Shown here: positions 58,601 through 64,000 of the stretch, piece by piece
Numbering within the stretch: position 1 is the first letter of the stretch
Layout of the letters: each line of letters begins with the position of its first letter
Assembly: GCF_964194155.1 (NCBI RefSeq)
Contig: NC_135893.1
Span: forward strand, 24,180,001-24,244,000
DNA length: 64,000 nucleotides
DNA from: Cetorhinus maximus
Taxonomy: Eukaryota
Direction of reading: 5' to 3'
Made by a program: the position numbers and the translations under genes
Notes under the pieces: generated by a model
Databases searched by the model: none
What the model was told of the DNA's origin: nothing
Seen by the model: the letters and a program-made list of their open reading frames with translations, nothing else

Positions 58601-61600
58601 AATTGGACTTCATGTCATCAGTTATCCTTTAAATAAGGATGCATATCAGCTGCTGGGAGCTATGCAGGTCATTTCTGTAACTTCTATTTTTCCTTCTCTT
58701 GTGAACCTATAGGGTTATGGTTACACCAGCTTTCCTGCACAATGAGATTCTGTTTCTAAATACAACCTCTCTGTGTTTCCTGAAGATGAAGCCCAGGAAG
58801 CAGAAGCAGTTCAAATCCTGCATGCAGTTTTTGACCTGCGAAACCAGGAGTACCTTCCGAAACAAGGCAAAATTGGAAAAATTGCTCTCACCCTGGCTAT
58901 GCTTTATTACCTATTCTTGGATTTTAAAAAGGTAGGCTTCACATTGCCCTTTCAGGAGATGCAACTATAACATATGCTGATGATTAGATGGTCACCAGAA
59001 TAAACTTGATCATTGACAACAGTATCCAACCATGAATTTCTGCACTCATCTATTTTGCCAAATTGCTAGACTAAATGAAGCTTTTGTCAAATTGCTAAGC
59101 AATTAAACCTCAAAAGAGGCCACAAATGATGAGCTAAAAAGATCCTGTTGCGTTATAATAGTACCACATAAAGGTAAATGGCAGGGTGGGTAACAGCATC
59201 ATATACCAAGTCAGGAAAATCTAGAGTGTCAAGATTCTGCACCAGTTTAGCAAATTTCAACTGGTCCAGTGTCCCTACTGAAAATAGCACATATTCAAAG
59301 TGGCATTCGATGTCTGTGTTCATGAGAAGAATTGGCCACATGGGCCAAGAGCTGGATTTGTTTGCAGGTGAGTTAGCATCTTTGGGAAAGGAGGCAAATT
59401 TCTATTTAGGGGAGAGTGCTTTCAATTACATCAAGACATCCCATGAGAAGGGCAGAAGAAATGCCATTTAATGTTCCTAGTTCACCTCCCTATGGCATGG
59501 TTAAAGATTGCACTGTGGAGCACAACCCCCATTCAATCTTCCAACAGCATTGATCACCCATCTGTATTTGGTGTGGTACTGGACTAAATTGATCTGAAGG
59601 TTGGATTGCTAGACTGTTATAGTTAAATAAAAAATTAGACTTGCATTTATTGAATCACTTTCACAACCCTCGGGCATCTCAAAGCACTCTACAGCCAATG
59701 AATTACGTTTTGAATTGTAGTCACTGTTGTAATATAGAAAATGCGGCAGCCAGTATGCACACAGCACACTCCCACAAACAGCAAATATGTAATAGTGACC
59801 AAATGATTTGTTTTGTGATGTTGACTGAGGGATATATATTGATCAGGATACTGGGGAGAACTTCCCTACTCTTCACAGTGCCATGTGTTTTTTTTACATC
59901 CAAAAGACAGTCCCTCCGATAGTGCAGCACGCCCAGTCACGTATCACCATTCACTGCTAAATTCACATACTAGGAATAGCCACTTTGTTTATCAGGAAGC
60001 TGGTGGTGCCTGTGAACCTGTACTTCAACAAGAGTCAAAGAGATGAGGAAGGGACCATCCATGGAGAGAGCAGACAAGTTAATATTTCAGGCGTGCAAAG
60101 TACCCAAGATGTTCATTTGCCCGTCTTCTCCACCGATGCCTTTTCTTTAGAATCCATAAGAAGGCATTGATCATTTTTTAAAAAAAAAATCCAGATCATA
60201 AAGGAAACTTAAATAACAAGTGAAGAGGGCACTCATTTGAACTCAGAAGTGTAATTGCCTGGGAAGGTTCAGAGGTCTCCCACAAGACCCGAGGTTACCC
60301 AAAGCACTTAATTTGTTCAGAGAGAAGAGGAGCTCTGATACACGCTCCTATCAGAGCTGAAACGAGACACCGAAAACGAAAGGAAATAAAAACAAAACTT
60401 CCGGTCAAAACTGCATTTTTATTAGGTACAGAATCAACATATTGATGAATCTTTAAAGTATATCGAAGGAAAACTGCGCAGGAATCTGCATGCAATTCAT
60501 AAAAAGGGCGAATCCATTTCAGGTGGTTAGTGAAAATGTTAATTTAAAACAATTGAGTCTTTCGATTTGAGAAACACGCATGCATTAGTGCAAAAATTGG
60601 GGGGAAAATTCATAACCAAGTAAATCTCTGTTGTTGTGTTATAACCAATCCCATTCATAAAAGTTCCAAGGTTTTGAATACTATAGTAACACCCTTGGTC
60701 AAAAACCTGCAACATTTGCTACAACTACAGTAAATTCTTTAAACGCCATGTGAAAGTATAACTGATCAATGACTCACCTAAGTCCATTGTCCTTTTGTTC
60801 TGATCACAGTGGTAGTAGTTTGTCACCAGTCTGTTTCCCATCCTATTCTTTCTCTATAGAGTTTAGCAACTGGCATAGGATTATTGACCATTGTTACATC
60901 AGGGAATCATAATAGAAATGTTTTCAAAAGAAATCCTGAAATTCATACTGCCCTGTCTTCAAGAGCCATAACACTGACAACATTAACAAAATACACAGCC
61001 TGGTGCATTTTAACAGTAAGCTGTTGATCAATTTTGTAGTATATTTTAATGATCTGTGAGATCATATTGGCAAGACCCTGGTGCTACAAGTAAGTTTATT
61101 TTCCTCTCAAAGATGAAGTGCGAGAGGCTATTTCCCCTGGCTGGAGAGTCGAGAATTAGGGATCTTAGTTTTAGGATAATGGGTGAGCCATTTAGGACTG
61201 TGAATGAAGAATTTCTCCTCATGAGGGTGGTGAATCTTTGGAATTCTCTACATCAGAGGGCTATGGATGCTCAGTCAATGAGTATAAAGATGAAGATTTT
61301 GGGGGCATTAAGGGAAACAAGATCTATGGGAATAGGGCAGGAAAGTGGAATTGATGTAAATGATCAGCCAGAATCTTACAGATTGGCAGAGCAGGCTCAA
61401 AGTGCCACTCTTGCTCCCATTTCTTATGTATTCATAAGCGGGCAAGAATGGACCATTAGAAGTATTGTACTGAAGCAAGAGTGATTCCTTTAGTCCTTGT
61501 TTTTTTTAAGGGAATGTCAGATGTTCCTTTAATGCAAGGTTGTCTCTTTTCTTGTTACAGGCAGTTGAATATGCAAAACTGGCCCTGGAGGACAGCCAGT

Positions 61601-61722
61601 CACTTTCACACAATGAGAAAGAGATTGCCAGCATCTCACGGCTTCTCGAGATGGCTGAAAAGGCACTTTCATATCCTGGAGAAAAGGGACCATCCCCTTA
61701 TGCGTGGGCTAACTCATGCTAA
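37485..61722 (+). CDS. ZMYND12: Zinc finger MYND-type containing 12, 8 exons, about 385 aa
   Basis: Exons 37485-37600, 40918-41059, 42949-43120, 52109-52278, 53058-53180, 55646-55772, 58786-58931, 61561-61722 (1158 nt, phases consistent). MYND finger CEMC..CSQCRVTYYC...H.EADW..IHEKIC followed by TPR-like helices. Confidence 0.96.
37740..38430 (+). mobile_element. Old L2 LINE RT fragment
   Basis: ctctatgcagcctttgatacag (LSAAFDT-like) and ggtggcactgccttcacttgattccactcttaccta. Confidence 0.65.
39447..39768 (+). mobile_element. tRNA-derived SINE interrupted by a solo LTR
   Basis: gccagcttagcttggttggtagcactcttgcc head; body resumes after 40713. Confidence 0.6.
39769..40709 (+). mobile_element. 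Solo LTR (941 bp)
   Basis: Termini TGTTAGAACC...GGTCATAACA (imperfect inverted repeat) with a 4-bp TSD ctac/ctac; internal AATAAA. Confidence 0.75.
40918..41059 (+). CDS. ZMYND12: ZMYND12 exon 2
   Basis: cag|DVAHQEADWNGIHEKICQLLIPIRT...QLIQRQ|gtaaac. Confidence 0.97.
41600..42280 (+). mobile_element. L2 LINE 3' fragment
   Basis: Homologous to 4430-5115; ccattggtggccgtgccttcagctgcc; tail tatataaatgtagttttgttg. Confidence 0.8.
42949..43120 (+). CDS. ZMYND12: ZMYND12 exon 3
   Basis: cag|KHLINLTRTVAQKLLFEGKHEEAVPGALQSLRF...LLLAEASI G|gtaaga. Confidence 0.97.
43230..44110 (+). mobile_element. CR1 LINE fragment with internal insertions
   Basis: tttctaaatggtgagaagttggg...cagattcaccagaatgatacc...ccagaacaaggggacataa. 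Confidence 0.75.
46545..46793 (-). repeat. 3' LTR of the Gypsy element
   Basis: Shares atcacactttaaacttggaaagatcagaa...ggattgaactggttct...cccggaaca with 51810-52045. Confidence 0.9.
47008..47860 (-). mobile_element. CR1 3' fragment nested in the Gypsy element
   Basis: VQRRFTRMIPGM...LEKRRLRGDL...SRTRGHRFK. Confidence 0.92.
47905..48270 (-). mobile_element. tRNA-derived SINE (HE1-like) nested in the Gypsy element
   Basis: Minus strand gtggcataatggtgatgtcactgaactagt...gggttcaaatccc; same family as 63357-63748. Confidence 0.8.
51200..51590 (+). mobile_element. CR1 3' fragment nested in the Gypsy gag region
   Basis: ccttggaacagaggaggctaaggggaaatttga...ggaactcactgcctgaaagg. Confidence 0.85.
51810..52045 (-). 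repeat. 5' LTR of the Gypsy element
   Basis: tgctatatg...atatataaca, adjacent to the PBS. Confidence 0.9.
52109..52278 (+). CDS. ZMYND12: ZMYND12 exon 4
   Basis: cag|LGQLDEAEEYLSQAQWTV...RNLGLLY...YFADD|gtaagt. Confidence 0.97.
53058..53180 (+). CDS. ZMYND12: ZMYND12 exon 5
   Basis: cag|IYHATQVFSASDVHTAGGYFHMANVF...ADSLYSE|gtaggt. Confidence 0.97.
54027..55490 (-). mobile_element. CR1 LINE RT and 3' fragment
   Basis: catcagcaaattt (KFAD on the minus strand); gagaccaaaactgtacacactactccagg. Confidence 0.88.
54910..55079. mobile_element. 170-bp inverted (head-to-head) Penelope-terminus mini-element with a 9-bp TSD
   Basis: TSD tttggatac at 54901-54909 and 55080-55088; plus-strand CTGACGA-gaggtcattggccc-GAAA-CATT-AACT (54998-55030) joined to a degenerate minus-strand copy. 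Confidence 0.82.
55646..55772 (+). CDS. ZMYND12: ZMYND12 exon 6
   Basis: cag|VTNIWNTFLGELVETE...LELEDVF G|gtctgt; phase fits exon 7. Confidence 0.88.
57150..57985 (+). mobile_element. Probable LTR remnant (left boundary uncertain)
   Basis: Ends in gatcataaca like the solo LTR at 39769-40709 and has similar composition; possible start tgtaatgacc at 56005. Confidence 0.4.
58786..58931 (+). CDS. ZMYND12: ZMYND12 exon 7
   Basis: aag|DEAQEAEAVQIL...LAMLYYLFLDFKK|gtaggc. Confidence 0.96.
61110..61435 (+). mobile_element. CR1 LINE 3' fragment
   Basis: RLFPLAGESRIR...RVVNLWNSL; tail ttcttatgt. Confidence 0.85.
61561..61722 (+). CDS. ZMYND12: ZMYND12 exon 8 with stop codon
   Basis: cag|AVEYAKLALEDSQSLSHNEKEIASISRLLEMAEK...ANSC*; ATTAAA at 61856. 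Confidence 0.9.
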   Translation, partial: AVEYAKLALEDSQSLSHNEKEIASISRLLEMAEKALSYPGEKGPSPYAWANSC

Positions 61723-62039
61723 AAGTTGTTATGCCTACGTGTCAGTGTAAAAATGGAGCACTGGTTGCATTTTATATACTCACTTGGCAGTGGTGAAAAA
61801 AAACACATAGGAAGAGATTGTAATAAGTCAGGGGATGCAAACTTCAACTGTGACAATTAAAAGCCGTTATCACGTAGCAAATAACATGCCACTGTGTCGA
61901 AAATATTTATTTATATAGCACCTTATGTCTCAAACATCTCAAAAATTATTTATTGTAAGTGCAGTGATTGGTTTGCAAATACTGCAACCATTTTATGCAC
62001 AGCAAAATCCCACCATGTGTGAAGTGATACAGTTGATAG

Positions 62040-62770
62040 GAAGAACCAGGAATGGCAACATAAAGGGTATAATTTTAAAAGGGGTGCAGGAGTATAGGGA
62101 CCTAGGGGCGTATGTGCACAAATTGTTGAAGATGGCAGGGCAGGTTTAAAACACAGTTAATAAGCAATAATGACCTTTATAAATAGAGGCATAGAATACA
62201 AAAACAAGGAAGCTACCATGAATTTTATAAAACTTTGGTTTGGCCTCAACTGGAGTAGTATGTTCCATTCTGGGCACCACACTTTAGCAAGGATGTGAAG
62301 GCATCAGAGGTGCAGAAAAGATTCACAAGAATGATTCTAGGGATGAGGGATTTCATTTGCACGGATAGATTGGAGAAGCTGGGGATGTTCTGCTTAGAGA
62401 AGCTAAGGTTGAGAGGAGATTTGGTGGGAGGTGTTCAAAATCTGGATAGAGTAGACAGAAACTGTTCCTATTGGTGGAAGGGTCAAGAACCCATTTAAGA
62501 GGAGTGGCAATAGAACCAAAGGCGACATGGGGAATTTATTATTTTTTTAATGCGGAAAGTGGTTGGGATCTGGCATGCACTGCCTGAGAGTGTGGTGGAG
62601 GCAGAGTCAATCGTGGCTTTCAAAAGGGAATTGGATAATTATCTGAAGGGGAAACATTTGCAGCTTATAGGGAAAGGGTGGGTAAGTGGGATTAGCTGAG
62701 TGAATTGCTCTTGCAGACAGCCAGCATGAACACAACAGGCCAACTGTGCTTCAACCATTCTACGATTCTA
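62040..62770 (+). mobile_element. CR1 LINE 3' fragment
   Basis: VQKRFTRMILGMRDF...RLEKLGMFCLEKLRLRGDL; tail ccattctacgattcta. Confidence 0.88.
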
Positions 62771-63356
62771 CTATTATGCAAACACTAACCATTTTATCTA
62801 CAGAAAAATCCCATAAATAGCAATTAAATGAATTTCCAATTACTCTTTTTAGGTTGAGGGAGTAATATTGGTTTGGACACCAAAAAGCTCTTTACTCTTG
62901 GAAAAGCACAAGGGGACTGTGAATTTCCATTAGAAACAACAAGCCAGGTTTCAGTTTAACATCTCATTTGAAACCTAGCATCTTCAACCAAGCACTATGG
63001 AGGTGTCAGCTATGGCTCAGTTCATAGCACCCTCGCCTTTGAATCAGAGGGTTGTGGGTTCATGTCCCACTCCCGGAAACCAAGAACTGTGATTGTACTC
63101 GAAAGAGTTGCAATCTGTGACTGTTGATAACTCGAAAGAATTTCAACCAAGCACTAGTCGGGCAGCACTATGATAACAGCCCAGGAAATACGTAGGAATG
63201 TGTAAAAAGTCAATCAAAACAAACTGAAATCAGCTGACAAGTATATTTTACCAGATTAAGAGCTACAATTAAGGAAAAGTTACATCTAGGAACAGAACAG
63301 TTCCTACTACAACAGCTACTCAATACATGTAAACCTCAAGTTCAATTTATTGGGGG

Positions 63357-63748
63357 AAGGTGATGACGTAGCGGTATTGTCACTGAACTAGTAATCCAGA
63401 GACCCAGAGTAATGCTCTGGGGACCCGGGTTCAAATCCCACCACAGCAGATGGTGGAATTTGAATTAAATAAAAATCTAGAATCAAAAGTTTGATGATCA
63501 CCAGGAAACTATTGTCGATTGTTGTAAAAACCCACCTGGTTCACTAGTGCCTTTTAGGGAAGGAAATCTGCTGTCTAGCCTACACGTGACTCCAGACCCA
63601 CAGCAATGCAGTTGACTCTTAAAATGCCCTCTGAAATGGCCTAACAAGCCACTCAGTTGTAACAAACCGCTACAAAGTCACAAAAAAAATGAAACCGGAC
63701 AGACCACCTGGCATCAACCTAGGCACCGGAAACGACAATGGCAATCTC
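63357..63748 (+). mobile_element. tRNA-derived SINE (HE1-like)
   Basis: A-box-like gacgtagcggtattgtcac, B box gggttcaaatccc, body ggaaggaaatctgc...gactccagacccac. Confidence 0.82.
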
Positions 63749-64000
63749 AAAACAAAAACAGAATTACCTGGAAAAACTCAGCAGGTCTGGCAGCATCGGC
63801 GGAGAAGAGTCGACGTTTCGAGTCCTCATGGCCCTTCAGCAGAACTGAGTATAGTTAGGAGAGGGGTGAAATATAAGCTGGTTTAAGGTGGGGGGAGAGA
63901 AGTTGGGGGGGGGGGGGTTGTTGGGATAAGCAAGCAGTGATGGGAGCAGATAATCAAAAGATGTCATAGACAAAAGGATCAAAGAGGTGTTGAAGGCGGT
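63749..64000 (-). mobile_element. Penelope pLTR/3' end inserted in the SINE, running off the window
   Basis: Highly similar to 13738-13990. Confidence 0.9.
63808..63846 (-). ncRNA. Minimal type-I hammerhead ribozyme motif (A6C core variant, GUC triplet)
   Basis: Minus strand: AGTT-CTGCTGA-A-GGGCC-atgag-GACTC-GAAA-CGTC-GACT. Confidence 0.7.

Noticed and set aside
63357-63450. tRNA gene candidates with A/B boxes (also about 10900, 48200, 63010)
   Set aside because: No cloverleaf; they continue into SINE bodies, so they are SINE heads.
1-64000. CRISPR arrays, operons or other prokaryotic systems
   Set aside because: The sequence is clearly eukaryotic (spliceosomal introns, LINEs/SINEs); no regularly spaced repeat-spacer array was seen.

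Overview
Repeat-rich vertebrate genomic DNA, most likely from a shark or other elasmobranch (CR1/L2/RTE LINEs, tRNA-derived SINEs, Neptune-type Penelope elements). Three complete spliced genes were reconstructed by hand, each with consistent exon phases. UTP3/SAS10 (+, 16 coding exons, 3296-28496, about 482 aa) is an intron-containing form of a gene that is intronless in human. PPCS (-, 3 exons, 31589-37142, about 321 aa) and ZMYND12 (+, 8 exons, 37485-61722, about 385 aa) lie head-to-head across a 342-bp promoter with tandem RFX X-boxes. A candidate first coding micro-exon of a fourth gene (-, 2371-2396; possibly CCDC30 by synteny) lies head-to-head with UTP3. The introns hold a decayed full-length Gypsy LTR element, a solo LTR, hAT and Tc/mariner-type non-autonomous transposons, and many LINE/SINE fragments. 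The most interesting signal is a dispersed family of about 10 Penelope-derived termini carrying a minimal type-I hammerhead ribozyme fold. This fold has a palindromic ACGU helix III and core variants CUGAUGA, CUGACGA, CUGCUGA and CUGUUGA. The family includes 92-170 bp TSD-flanked mini-insertions that begin at the ribozyme and span its cleavage site, and a 1.7-kb element with about 0.5-kb inverted arms. All coordinates and alignments were read by eye; no searches were run.
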